Positions 38,287 to 47,849 of a stretch of 64,000 bases of DNA are shown in pieces. Source of the DNA: a virus (lineage: Duplodnaviria > Caudoviricetes); the IMG/VR virus record IMGVR_UViG_3300010352_001202; one strand, written 5' to 3'. The notes under the pieces were generated by a model. That model was not told where the DNA came from, made no database searches, and saw only the letters and a list, made by a program, of their open reading frames with translations. Position numbers and translations under genes: made by a program. The first letter of the stretch is position 1, and every line of letters begins with the position of its first letter.

Positions 38287-39520
38287 AGCTTTAACAAAAG
38301 ATTGGATTCAGTATTTAAAAAATAACAGAATTGTTGACCTTAAATCAGATCCGTCCGGTAAACTTAATTACAGAAGAGATGTAACTGCACAAGATTTAGA
38401 AAAATTTCTAGATATAAGCTTTCCCGAAGAAAAAGTATCAAACGCTATCAAGATGGTCCTTGCCAAGAAAGGTGCAGGCAATGGACAGTCAAAACTCCAG
38501 AACAATCCCACACAACAGCAACCCGGCTCGTCACTATCGACATGGTCTCAATCTGAAACAACACCGGGGCAACCTGTACCGCAAGGCCAGCAAAGAATAG
38601 GGTCTAGTGTTCCGCCAGCCTCCCCACAACAACCTGCAGCAAAGAAATCTAAGTATAGTAAGGATGATGCTGAAGATATCGAGTTTAGAGAACCAGGTCA
38701 GAAGAAAGGCAAGGTAAAGGAAGCAATCCGTGATAATCCCGGCGATACATTTAGCGAAGACGATGTTGAAGCAGTATTTAGGTTGTTAACTTCGCCTGGT
38801 GCAGAACAACCAAGTCAAGAAGAGCCAGCCCAGCAGGCCGAAGTATCAACAGAGCAAAAACAGGCTGCACTAAAGAAAATTAAGTATGCCATTAGAGATG
38901 TGTTGTCTCCAAAGCAGAGAAAAACATTCTGGCGCGCACTTAATGACACAAATATTTCCGAATCATTGATTACCACTGCTGATGCAAAGGCATTGCTACA
39001 AGGTGCGGCTAAACTCAGAAGCAAGCCAACACTGGGCGGAAGAATATTCAAAGGTCTGCAGAAAGATAAGATTGAGGTAAACGATCTTCAACAAGCATGG
39101 AAAGAAGCCGGTTTTCCAGATGACACTAGAGACATTGCTGCTATACTAAAGGATCAGTTTGGCTTCTCCGAAGATGAGATAGAGAAAGTATTCTCCAATG
39201 TATTTGATTCCGACGACGAAGATGAAGACAACGATAATGAGCCAGTTGCAAGTCCAGCAATTCAAGGAATGGTTGATCATATTAATGAATTAGGATTAAC
39301 CGACGAAGTCAAGAAGTTTATGGAAAAAGAATTCGGGCAGGAACTAGGGTTACAAGATAATCCAGGTATGTTCAGTAAACTAAAGAAGTTTTTTGGAAAG
39401 AAAGCAGTTGCCGAAGATGTAAGATATATCTTCACTGCAATTATCCAAGAAGAAAGAAAAGATAGATTTGCAATTTTACGACAACAGGAACAAACACACC
39501 TCGGCCGCAGCAAAAAATGA
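38276..39520 (+). CDS. Hypothetical modular late protein
   Basis: 414 aa with Q/P-rich linkers. Confidence 0.7.
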   Translation: MDTKALTKDWIQYLKNNRIVDLKSDPSGKLNYRRDVTAQDLEKFLDISFPEEKVSNAIKMVLAKKGAGNGQSKLQNNPTQQQPGSSLSTWSQSETTPGQPVPQGQQRIGSSVPPASPQQPAAKKSKYSKDDAEDIEFREPGQKKGKVKEAIRDNPGDTFSEDDVEAVFRLLTSPGAEQPSQEEPAQQAEVSTEQKQAALKKIKYAIRDVLSPKQRKTFWRALNDTNISESLITTADAKALLQGAAKLRSKPTLGGRIFKGLQKDKIEVNDLQQAWKEAGFPDDTRDIAAILKDQFGFSEDEIEKVFSNVFDSDDEDEDNDNEPVASPAIQGMVDHINELGLTDEVKKFMEKEFGQELGLQDNPGMFSKLKKFFGKKAVAEDVRYIFTAIIQEERKDRFAILRQQEQTHLGRSKK

Positions 39521-40911
39521 TCATAAATGAAATATCCAAAGGCATCACACACATAGAGGATCTTGGAGTTGACGAGTTTCTTAATGTTCTAATTTATCTT
39601 AATGAATACGAGATTACCGAAAAAGTAGACGGTGCTCAGATTCTATTTGGACTAGACAAAAACGGTTTATATACCTCCCGTGAAACAAAGGGCGGAGTAA
39701 GGGTATATAACCCCGGAGATTATGGTGTAAGTTTTCCAACAACTTACATGAGATCTGCACACAGACTGTTGGAAATGGTATATCCGGATCTAATGGCAGC
39801 TGGCTTAAAACCAGGTGATCAGGTCGAGGCCGAAGTATTGTACGGCGAACTTCCAAATGTTGTACCTTACTCGGAAGATAGAAGCTATCTAATCTTCTTG
39901 CGCACAACCGAGGGTGAAGTAAATATCGACCGTTTGAAAGAGAGACTTGACGGGAGATCACTAGACATAACCCAACGGACTCCAATTACAGACGACGGGC
40001 GAGATATATACACATCGGACGTAACTGTCGAGTGGATGTTCTCTCGCGCACCAAAAATTTCTATAAATGTGGAATCGTTAAGGACTGCGATTGCTCCACA
40101 TGCTGCAAAAATGACAGCCTATCTAAGGGAATCGTCCGGTATTTGCGGCCAACCTAATCATGTCATCGAAAGTATGCCTCTTAATAAAAGGCCCGAATGG
40201 TGCAGGCCGGAAGACTGGAAAGATGTAAAGGAAGAAGCCAAGGCAAAAAGGATCGAATATCAACACATCTTACGTGAAGGCCACATGGCTAAGATTAAGG
40301 AAGTCCTCCTAAATCGCATAGTTCGTAAACAGCGCAGCGAATTCGGTCCTCCTATCGAAGAAGGCGGATGGATTGAAGGTGTAGTTCTTCGACACACCGA
40401 AACCGGCAAAATGGTTAAAATTGTTGACAAGGAAGTTTTTGGTGTACTTCGCGAGTCTGCCTGGAAAGCACGCAATCAGTTAACCGAAAGTGCAAGGAGC
40501 ACAGACGGTAATTTGAGCTTTTTAGGCAATTTAAAGGTAGCACTTGCTACTTCCTTGGGTCATCCCGAGCTAGGCACGATGCAGGCAAAAAACTACCTAA
40601 GAAAAGCAGGAACTATTACTGAAGAGCGTATTGCTAATCTTTCTACAGGCATTAGACTAGATGTTGTAAAAGAATACTGGCTCAATTTACTCGAATGCCA
40701 GACTGAACTTTTAGGATCGGAATTAGATAAATATGAAGAAGAAACGTCCAGTCAAGAAGGACATGTTTGGGAAGGTATTAAGAGGAGAACTCTTGAGACA
40801 TTTGCTTCGACATTCGCACTTCTTGAAGACATGCGTTTTCGTACCAGTCAAGCGGTACAAGTAGAGGATTTGATAACAATACTTGCAGGGAAGCAGTTAG
40901 CTGATATTTGA
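39517..40911 (+). CDS. ATP-dependent RNA-ligase-like nucleotidyltransferase
   Basis: ITHIEDL, motif I TEKVDG, EAEV, motif IV EGVVLR, motif V VKIVDK. Confidence 0.65.
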   Translation: MIINEISKGITHIEDLGVDEFLNVLIYLNEYEITEKVDGAQILFGLDKNGLYTSRETKGGVRVYNPGDYGVSFPTTYMRSAHRLLEMVYPDLMAAGLKPGDQVEAEVLYGELPNVVPYSEDRSYLIFLRTTEGEVNIDRLKERLDGRSLDITQRTPITDDGRDIYTSDVTVEWMFSRAPKISINVESLRTAIAPHAAKMTAYLRESSGICGQPNHVIESMPLNKRPEWCRPEDWKDVKEEAKAKRIEYQHILREGHMAKIKEVLLNRIVRKQRSEFGPPIEEGGWIEGVVLRHTETGKMVKIVDKEVFGVLRESAWKARNQLTESARSTDGNLSFLGNLKVALATSLGHPELGTMQAKNYLRKAGTITEERIANLSTGIRLDVVKEYWLNLLECQTELLGSELDKYEEETSSQEGHVWEGIKRRTLETFASTFALLEDMRFRTSQAVQVEDLITILAGKQLADI

Positions 40912-40912
40912 C

Positions 40913-41134
40913 ATGAGACTAGATGAGATAGTAACATTAAACGATGTTTTGAAGGCAAACCAATATGTAAAATTATTGCATGCCCTAAGCACAAAGGCCG
41001 GTACAGATATCAACATAACTCGTATCAAAAATCAGGTAATTCAATCCTGGAAAAAGGGAATGAAGCATCGTAAACACTACGATGATTTACTTTCAAAAAT
41101 TGATATAAGTCTAAACGATCTTATAGACAAATGA
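40913..41134 (+). CDS. Small hypothetical protein
   Basis: Starts MRLDEI; coupled to the next ORF. Confidence 0.6.
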   Translation: MRLDEIVTLNDVLKANQYVKLLHALSTKAGTDINITRIKNQVIQSWKKGMKHRKHYDDLLSKIDISLNDLIDK

Positions 41135-42009
41135 AACTAAAATACATTGCGCCGCCCGATTCAGAGGGCGGCTCTGCTGTGCCCGGATGCGGAACCATCC
41201 ATATCTCCGAAGTAAAACCTACACTTACCAAATTATCTGATGATTTGGACTTTCCCTTTGACCTAAACGAATATGTACTTGGATCAACTGGTAAGAAAGA
41301 ATACTCAGGTGATATCGATCTTGTGCTCGACGATAAGTGGTGGGGCCACGGAGTAGCAGCACTAAGAGGCGATTTGGAAAACATCTTCGGTAAGCATGCT
41401 GTGGCAAGAAACGGCAGCATGGTACACTTAAGGTACCCGATTGTGGGATATAATCCCGAATTCAAAGAGCACGGTCCGCGCACAGGATATGTCCAAGTTG
41501 ATTTTAATTTGGGAGATACCGCATGGGAGAAGTTTTATCATTACAGTCCCGGAGACGATTCCGAGTATAAAGGCGCACATAGAAATCTTGCCATTGCGGC
41601 TATTTGTGCAGTAGCAGATGTTCAAAGCTCCAGGGAAGTAGATGGATATGATAGACCCGTTGAGCAGATCAGATGGAAGTTTGGACCAAACGGATTTATT
41701 CATGTGCGTCGTGAAAGTACCAAAGAAGAACACACAGGTGTATGGAAAAGAAAACAGAATGATACGGTGCTCGAAGATCCAGTTAAGGATCCTGCCCGTA
41801 TTGCTCGGATCTTATTTCCAGTCGACGGTGTTCCGGATGACCTACATAGTCTAGAAACTATCATAAATGCTGTGGAAAGAAACTACGGGATGACAGATCA
41901 GCAACGTATCTGGAAACGCATGGCCTCTAATTTTACCGACTGGAAAGACGGTAAGAACTTTCTCTATCCTACCGAAATTAGTAAATATTTGTCGTCAAGT
42001 GATAAATAA
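41131..42009 (+). CDS. Pol-beta superfamily nucleotidyltransferase
   Basis: LGSTGKK..SGDIDL.L, VQVDF, S.YKG.HRN. Confidence 0.72.
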   Translation: MKLKYIAPPDSEGGSAVPGCGTIHISEVKPTLTKLSDDLDFPFDLNEYVLGSTGKKEYSGDIDLVLDDKWWGHGVAALRGDLENIFGKHAVARNGSMVHLRYPIVGYNPEFKEHGPRTGYVQVDFNLGDTAWEKFYHYSPGDDSEYKGAHRNLAIAAICAVADVQSSREVDGYDRPVEQIRWKFGPNGFIHVRRESTKEEHTGVWKRKQNDTVLEDPVKDPARIARILFPVDGVPDDLHSLETIINAVERNYGMTDQQRIWKRMASNFTDWKDGKNFLYPTEISKYLSSSDK

Positions 42010-42056
42010 GTTTATGAATAGGATAAACCTATCAAAAATTTAAGGAGTTATTCAAA

Positions 42057-42641
42057 ATGACAACAAAAGTAAATGGCGCCGCTTACTCGGGCGTATGGTT
42101 TGAAAAGAAGGTTGCTTTCGTTAAGCTTACTTTCAGCAAGGATATCGCAGCTCTTGCAGCAGCTGATTTGTTTGTTCTCGGAACAGCAACACCAGCAGGC
42201 GCAGGTACTGTAGCTTCGTCGCTTTTCGGCGTAGTCGAAAGCGCAATGGTTCAAGCTCTTAAGACACTTGAAACAAAGGCAACAGTTCTTGCAATCAGCA
42301 AGTATGATGCAACAGCATTCAGCGTTGATGTTATCCTCGGCAATGCAGAAGGTTGGTTCTCGGATGCAGCTGGCTTGATCGCTTCTGGTCTTCCAGTTCT
42401 TGGCGCACAAGCAGTTGTTACAACAGCTGGTGCAGCACCAACAAATGTACTTGGCGCTCTTGTTTCTGTTGGCCCAGCCGCAGTTACATTTGACATGGAA
42501 TTTGCATACATGGATGGCACATTGCCAATCGGTACACTAGCGAACGGTGCATTGGCACTCGGCCCTGGTGCTACATCTGGTGCAACACCAACAAACAGCC
42601 CAACTGGTACAGCTGGTTACTACCCAACACCGGGAGTTTAA
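42057..42641 (+). CDS. Virion structural protein (paralog 1)
   Basis: GATAAATA at 42001; AAGGAG SD; Ala/Gly/Thr-rich; own terminator. Confidence 0.7.
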   Translation: MTTKVNGAAYSGVWFEKKVAFVKLTFSKDIAALAAADLFVLGTATPAGAGTVASSLFGVVESAMVQALKTLETKATVLAISKYDATAFSVDVILGNAEGWFSDAAGLIASGLPVLGAQAVVTTAGAAPTNVLGALVSVGPAAVTFDMEFAYMDGTLPIGTLANGALALGPGATSGATPTNSPTGTAGYYPTPGV

Positions 42642-42662
42642 TCCGAATAGGATTAGCGGCAG

Positions 42663-42687
42663 AAAAGGCGCCTTCGGGCGCTTTTTT
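42663..42687 (+). terminator. Intrinsic terminator
   Basis: AAAAGGCGCC-TTCG-GGCGCTTTTTT. Confidence 0.85.
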
Positions 42688-42742
42688 GTTGGCTTAAATT
42701 TCTAACTCTTGATAAATACTACAACTTGTAGGAGATTACAAA

Positions 42743-43279
42743 ATGGTTTTTAAAGTAAATGGTGGCATCATCAATAGTCAGACACTGACTGGTAGCCTAA
42801 GATTTTTCAAAATGACAGGCCCCTTTGCTTGGACTGTTTCTGATGGTTCAGTTAACTTGCCAGTAAAGGTTCATGGTGGTCCTGGTGCTGGTACAACATC
42901 TTATTTCGTAGTTGGCGAAGATGCTCCTGTCCCTAACAGTGCGGCAGCCATTGCCCTTGCAGAAATTAGTAAGCAATGCGATATTGTCCTAATCAGTATT
43001 CAACCTGCATTGTATGGTGCAACAACACAAATTCAATTTGCGTGCTCTGCTTCGGCATTTGGATGGGGTGCAGATACACCTCCGTATGATGTTCCTCCAG
43101 CTAATGCACCGGAAGATTTAGCAGCAGCCGCACCACAGATGCAGGCAGCAGTTCAGGCATTAGGAAATCAAACAGTTTATGTTTCCGTCGGCGCACCTAG
43201 TCAGTCGGCTATTCCTGTAACAGCGGTTGCTAACCTTGGTGCAGTAACAATTGTTGAAGTTCCGTTCAAATTAGCATAA
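42743..43279 (+). CDS. Virion structural protein (paralog 2)
   Basis: GATAAATA at 42711; KVNGG...Q.LTGSL. Confidence 0.7.
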   Translation: MVFKVNGGIINSQTLTGSLRFFKMTGPFAWTVSDGSVNLPVKVHGGPGAGTTSYFVVGEDAPVPNSAAAIALAEISKQCDIVLISIQPALYGATTQIQFACSASAFGWGADTPPYDVPPANAPEDLAAAAPQMQAAVQALGNQTVYVSVGAPSQSAIPVTAVANLGAVTIVEVPFKLA

Positions 43280-43292
43280 TTTATGCTATTCT

Positions 43293-43324
43293 AAAAGAAG
43301 GCACCCTATGGGTGCTTTTCTTTT
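43293..43324 (+). terminator. Intrinsic terminator
   Basis: AAAAGAAGGCACC-CTATG-GGTGCTTTTCTTTT. Confidence 0.8.
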
Positions 43325-43378
43325 GATCAAGGATAGTGTTTTCTTGATAAATACAAGAAATATTCAAGGAATAGCAAT

Positions 43379-44299
43379 ATGCCAGTAAGAACAACGGGCG
43401 GTGTATTTGATGAGCAGGTGCTTACAGGCTCCTTAGCTCATTATGTCATCTGCGGCGCCGATTTTAGCGGCGCAATTAATAGTTATGGGCAACCAGTTCC
43501 TTTTTCTGCTGCCGAAATTATTTTTACGAAAATATCGGAAGGTGCATACATAAACATAATGAACCCAAACGAATGTAATCTTTCTTTTGCTCTTGAAGCA
43601 GGAAGATCTGTATGGGATGAAATTAGTTTAACAGCAATGGTTCAAGCCTTAGGACCGGATGTTGGAACAGATCATGTGGATTGTTCCGTCTGTACAGTTA
43701 AGAGAGTTCCCTATGTGTGGGGATGCGGTACAGGAGCAACATCATTTCTTGATTTAACAGATACTCCCGATACATATGTAGGCGCAGCCAATTATGTTGT
43801 AACCGTAAATCCTACAGAAACAGGACTTGTTTTTAGTCCGGTAGGTATTGTTTCAAATGCATTCTCGTTTGTTGCATCTCCATTGCAACCGACATTAACT
43901 GCCGTAGGCAATGATACTCTAACTTTAATTGCTGGTTCGAATACAATTATAACAACCAATGCACTTGCTAAGAGTGTTACAATTTCGTCGACAGCAGGAA
44001 CAGATTATATTCCTGTACCACCAGGAACAGCCCTACAAATCAGTACCAAATACTTTGTAACTGCCGCAGGAACAGTAACATTGCCTCCACTTACAGGCTC
44101 TGGATATACAGCGGGAAGATCTGTTGTTGTAACTAAGGCTATCGGGTCGACAGTTTTTATTAATGTCGGAAATATAGCAGATATTATTTCTACAGACTTA
44201 GGTAATACAAATTCAATCGAATTTGACGCCACACAAGAATGTATATTTGTAAACAATGCTGCCGGTGCCTGGGAACTCCAGATTGGTTCTGTTAACTAA
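43379..44299 (+). CDS. Virion structural/fibre protein (paralog 3 with C-terminal extension)
   Basis: GATAAATA at 43346; RTTGG...Q.LTGSL; FLDLTDTP.TY.G fibre-type motif. Confidence 0.7.
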   Translation: MPVRTTGGVFDEQVLTGSLAHYVICGADFSGAINSYGQPVPFSAAEIIFTKISEGAYINIMNPNECNLSFALEAGRSVWDEISLTAMVQALGPDVGTDHVDCSVCTVKRVPYVWGCGTGATSFLDLTDTPDTYVGAANYVVTVNPTETGLVFSPVGIVSNAFSFVASPLQPTLTAVGNDTLTLIAGSNTIITTNALAKSVTISSTAGTDYIPVPPGTALQISTKYFVTAAGTVTLPPLTGSGYTAGRSVVVTKAIGSTVFINVGNIADIISTDLGNTNSIEFDATQECIFVNNAAGAWELQIGSVN

Positions 44300-44335
44300 T
44301 AAAACCCTGGTAAATAGCTAAGATAAGGATAAGAA

Positions 44336-44836
44336 ATGCCAAGACAAATACACGGTGCAGCAACATCGATGCAGAATTTAACAGCAGACTTGCAATATTA
44401 TGTCTGCTATGCATCTTCGCCTGGTGCATTTACAAATCCTAATCCCAATCCTCCTCCGTCAGAAGAATTAGCAAGACTGGTTAATATTCAAGTTACAGGT
44501 AGTCCGCTAGATCAAAGCCAAAAGAATTTCGAAGTATTCCTAATGAGCATAGGATTAAGAGCAATGCCTGTTGTCCTAACTGATCCTGCTCCTGTATTAG
44601 AATTAGCAGATTACACATTAGAGCTTTCAGGTGAGGGCTTTATATGGAAATTTGCAGTAGAAAGAGGTGTTCAGTTTTATAACTTTACACCATATGGAAC
44701 ACCCGGCCCTGTTGGGCTTCTGATAGATGACCTCAATGGTGTTGTTATCCCGAGTGGTGTTAGAATTACAACAGTGACAGGTAGCCCGACGGGCTGGAAC
44801 CAGAATGTTGCCTTCTCGAGGATGGATTCGTTATGA
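44336..44836 (+). CDS. Virion structural protein (paralog 4)
   Basis: GGTAAATA at 44309; QIHG....Q.LTADL. Confidence 0.65.
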   Translation: MPRQIHGAATSMQNLTADLQYYVCYASSPGAFTNPNPNPPPSEELARLVNIQVTGSPLDQSQKNFEVFLMSIGLRAMPVVLTDPAPVLELADYTLELSGEGFIWKFAVERGVQFYNFTPYGTPGPVGLLIDDLNGVVIPSGVRITTVTGSPTGWNQNVAFSRMDSL

Positions 44837-45615
44837 AAGAAGATAGAGTTATTAGATCGCTTATGTACGGCGATGTCGTAAAAAGAATTGCAGAAGAACG
44901 AAATATTGGGCTAACAGAGGCGCGAATGCTTCTATCCCAGATGTCTTTTACAGAATATCACAAGCAGGTAGTAGAAGCCAGTGCTGACATTACACCACCG
45001 TCTGGGAACACAATCGGACCTAATTCGGGTGGCAGCACACAAATGCAGAAAGCCAATGGGCCCACCAAAGTAAAATCTATTTGGCCCGGGCAAGGTGCTC
45101 CAGTCGAAGTAGGAATGACAGTAGGTATTAAAGATCAGAACGGGCTACCTGTTCCTGGACAAATTTCACAGGTCGATGCAGGATCTAAAGGCGTTAAGGT
45201 TAAGAATCCGTCGACAGGACAAGACGAATGGCGCAATACCGACGAATTAGAACCATTTATGGCGCAAGGCCAAGATCAGCAACAAACCATTCAACCTGGC
45301 ACACAGCCGCGTCAGCAAGGGCAGCAAGGCGCCGACCTAACACGCCTACAAGAATTAGCCGGAATTAGGGAGAATTGCAGTGCTGGTGCAACAGGATCCG
45401 GTGGAATTGCTGTCGCAGCAATGCCTATGGGCAAAATGAAGCGCAGGCAAGAAACAGACGAACAAGCTCCGCCAGTTGAATATACTCCAAAAGAGCCAGC
45501 AAAGACTATTGTCGGAGATACAAAACCAGCGCAGGCGTCGGGAAAGCTATCAGCAGATTTGGCAGCCCGCGGAAAGAAAACAGCAGCAAGGACAAATAAC
45601 GGATTTAAGAGATGA
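44833..45615 (+). CDS. Hypothetical late protein
   Basis: RLQELAGI and E..SAGAT..GGIA motifs; SH3/KOW-like beta segment. Confidence 0.7.
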   Translation: MKEDRVIRSLMYGDVVKRIAEERNIGLTEARMLLSQMSFTEYHKQVVEASADITPPSGNTIGPNSGGSTQMQKANGPTKVKSIWPGQGAPVEVGMTVGIKDQNGLPVPGQISQVDAGSKGVKVKNPSTGQDEWRNTDELEPFMAQGQDQQQTIQPGTQPRQQGQQGADLTRLQELAGIRENCSAGATGSGGIAVAAMPMGKMKRRQETDEQAPPVEYTPKEPAKTIVGDTKPAQASGKLSADLAARGKKTAARTNNGFKR

Positions 45616-46061
45616 GTAGAACATCCTTATTAGACAAATTAGATAGAGTAACAGATAAGGCAGCAACTGTTGCCATTTCTCGTGGCTATCCTATTCCTAT
45701 GTCTAGTAAGTCTACTATGGTAGGTGGGGTGTTTGTTACAAAGAACGATATGGGTTTATATGATATTGTTTCAATCGATAAGCATGTATTGTACGAAAAT
45801 ATATCTGTGTTTGATGTAGCAGTTATTATTGCACAAAGGTATAATGCTGGTGAGACTAGCATTATAAAACAAGTGCTGGCATTAGAAGAAAGATTTTCAA
45901 AATACCATACAGATATGATTCACTACTTACATTGTCTTAAGGGTGCGAAAAAGCGCCACGATATTGAGCGTATGGCAATCTTAGAAGATAAATTTCAAGT
46001 ATCTGAGACACTGGCCAAGAATGCACGGGATCGCATCTCCATTTTCAAGAGAGTGAAATAG
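45612..46061 (+). CDS. Hypothetical protein
   Basis: ATGA-coupled ORF. Confidence 0.7.
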   Translation: MSRTSLLDKLDRVTDKAATVAISRGYPIPMSSKSTMVGGVFVTKNDMGLYDIVSIDKHVLYENISVFDVAVIIAQRYNAGETSIIKQVLALEERFSKYHTDMIHYLHCLKGAKKRHDIERMAILEDKFQVSETLAKNARDRISIFKRVK

Positions 46062-46110
46062 CCTGTATAATGATAAATACTAGAAATAAAACTTAATAGG
46101 AACGGTTTAT

Positions 46111-47529
46111 ATGCTTTTAAACGATATTGGTAAATCACCTGATGCCACTTTCAGGAGGATAAATCAGCACCTTGAAACTAATTATGGCTTTAAGATCTCC
46201 GAAAGTGTTAGCGACCAAGACTTGGTTACTATCATGGAACAAATCGAAGAAGAGATTACCGACCTAAAGATCAATGGAGACGATGCTAAAGCTTCTCCAG
46301 AAATTTCTAAGAGACTGCTTGTTTTAGAGGGAATTAGAAATCTAAGAGAATATGCAATTATGCAATTTCAATCACCCGAGCTTGAAAAAGTTGTCGGCGA
46401 TATGGTTGATTTCGTAGTTAATGATTTTAAGATTTGTGGAACCCATCACGGCGCATTTGAAGAATCTGTTAGAGATGCTATGAAGCAATACCGTTCAAGC
46501 AAATATCGCTTTCCAGATGATATTATTGAGCAACGTGTCAGACAAGGTGCGATGACAAGATTGCAGACAAAAGCTTCCCAAAGTGAAGAAGTAGGCAATC
46601 CATTAATGGCTCCTCCGATGTTTGAAGATACAGACGAAGATGTAATGCAGGATGACGATCAAATGAAAGAAACAGATTTAGAAGAAGCCGGGGGCGGCCG
46701 TGGCGATGAAGTCGACTGGGCTGGTCAAGGTTCTCATGTTCGTAGTTCTAACAGAGAATTACCTAGACAGCTAAGTACACGTGGTGCAAGTCGTGCTGCG
46801 GGCGGCGATTATGATTTCGCTATGCAGAATGATCCGAACCAAACTGATGCCGATGGTAATCCTGTAAAAATGGTTAGAGATAAGCACGGTCGCATGGTAC
46901 CAGATCCATGGGCAGCACAACAAGCAGCAAGAAAAAAAGGAATTGTAATGAAAGAGCATGCAAATTTAGTGAAGAATCTTCGCCGCCTTCTAGAAACAGA
47001 AGTCAGTCAGGCTGAAGTTATGATGGCAGCCAAGGGCTTTGCTCAAGAGTTGCAAGAAATGGTTGAAAAGATTGGTCGTTTACAAAACGAAGATCTTCCT
47101 CCTGTAACAGATCAGATGCGCGAAACATATGGTATGGAATCTGCTTCGGCATTCCAGACACAAATTTACGGCGCTCTCCAGAGCGTTATGGATGCACTAT
47201 ACACAGCTAAGGGTCAAGTCGACGACGCAGTCGGTAACATGGCTTCTACTGGTCAGTTCGATGCATCAGTTGACATGGAAAAAGATCCAGCAATGGGCGG
47301 TATGGATGGTATGGATGACACAATGGCTATGGATGCAGATGCAGGCATTGATGCCGATCTTGATAACATTGCCGGTGACATGGATGCAGAAGATGAATTT
47401 GGCAGCGCCGAAGAGGAAGAACCACTAGGTCGTTCCATGAAGACAGAGTCCTTACAGCGTAAGGTTATGGAAATGCAGAAGCTTGTTGCTAAGGCAAGAA
47501 AGCTTAAAGAAGCTAAGAAGCGTGCATGA
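46111..47529 (+). CDS. Acidic helical late protein (candidate prohead core/scaffold-type)
   Basis: GATAAATA at 46072; LLETEV.QAEV.MAAK; acidic tail EEPLGR. Confidence 0.7.
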   Translation: MLLNDIGKSPDATFRRINQHLETNYGFKISESVSDQDLVTIMEQIEEEITDLKINGDDAKASPEISKRLLVLEGIRNLREYAIMQFQSPELEKVVGDMVDFVVNDFKICGTHHGAFEESVRDAMKQYRSSKYRFPDDIIEQRVRQGAMTRLQTKASQSEEVGNPLMAPPMFEDTDEDVMQDDDQMKETDLEEAGGGRGDEVDWAGQGSHVRSSNRELPRQLSTRGASRAAGGDYDFAMQNDPNQTDADGNPVKMVRDKHGRMVPDPWAAQQAARKKGIVMKEHANLVKNLRRLLETEVSQAEVMMAAKGFAQELQEMVEKIGRLQNEDLPPVTDQMRETYGMESASAFQTQIYGALQSVMDALYTAKGQVDDAVGNMASTGQFDASVDMEKDPAMGGMDGMDDTMAMDADAGIDADLDNIAGDMDAEDEFGSAEEEEPLGRSMKTESLQRKVMEMQKLVAKARKLKEAKKRA

Positions 47530-47843
47530 GAGCCAGAGAAATCCTTCAGGAAGACTACAACGCTAACCTACAAGCAGATCTAAATAATTTACTTGTAGGT
47601 GCTAAGGGTAGTGGTGCCACCCAAATCAAAACCGAAGATCTGGTAAACCAGATGTACGGTATGGGTTATTCCGTTGATGCAAATAGTATCATGGCATTGC
47701 TAAGTCAGAACCCTCTTGTAGCTCAGGCAACTCCTATGATGATTAACTTATCTCCGCCGGAGGGCTCTGAAGCTGTCGGTTCGGGGCAAGATAGTGCAGC
47801 ACAGGTAAGTGATATGGCCCAGAGTGCCACAAAGATAGGATAA
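47526..47843 (+). CDS. Hypothetical late protein
   Basis: Starts MRAREILQE. Confidence 0.7.
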   Translation: MRAREILQEDYNANLQADLNNLLVGAKGSGATQIKTEDLVNQMYGMGYSVDANSIMALLSQNPLVAQATPMMINLSPPEGSEAVGSGQDSAAQVSDMAQSATKIG

Positions 47844-47849
47844 TAAGAA

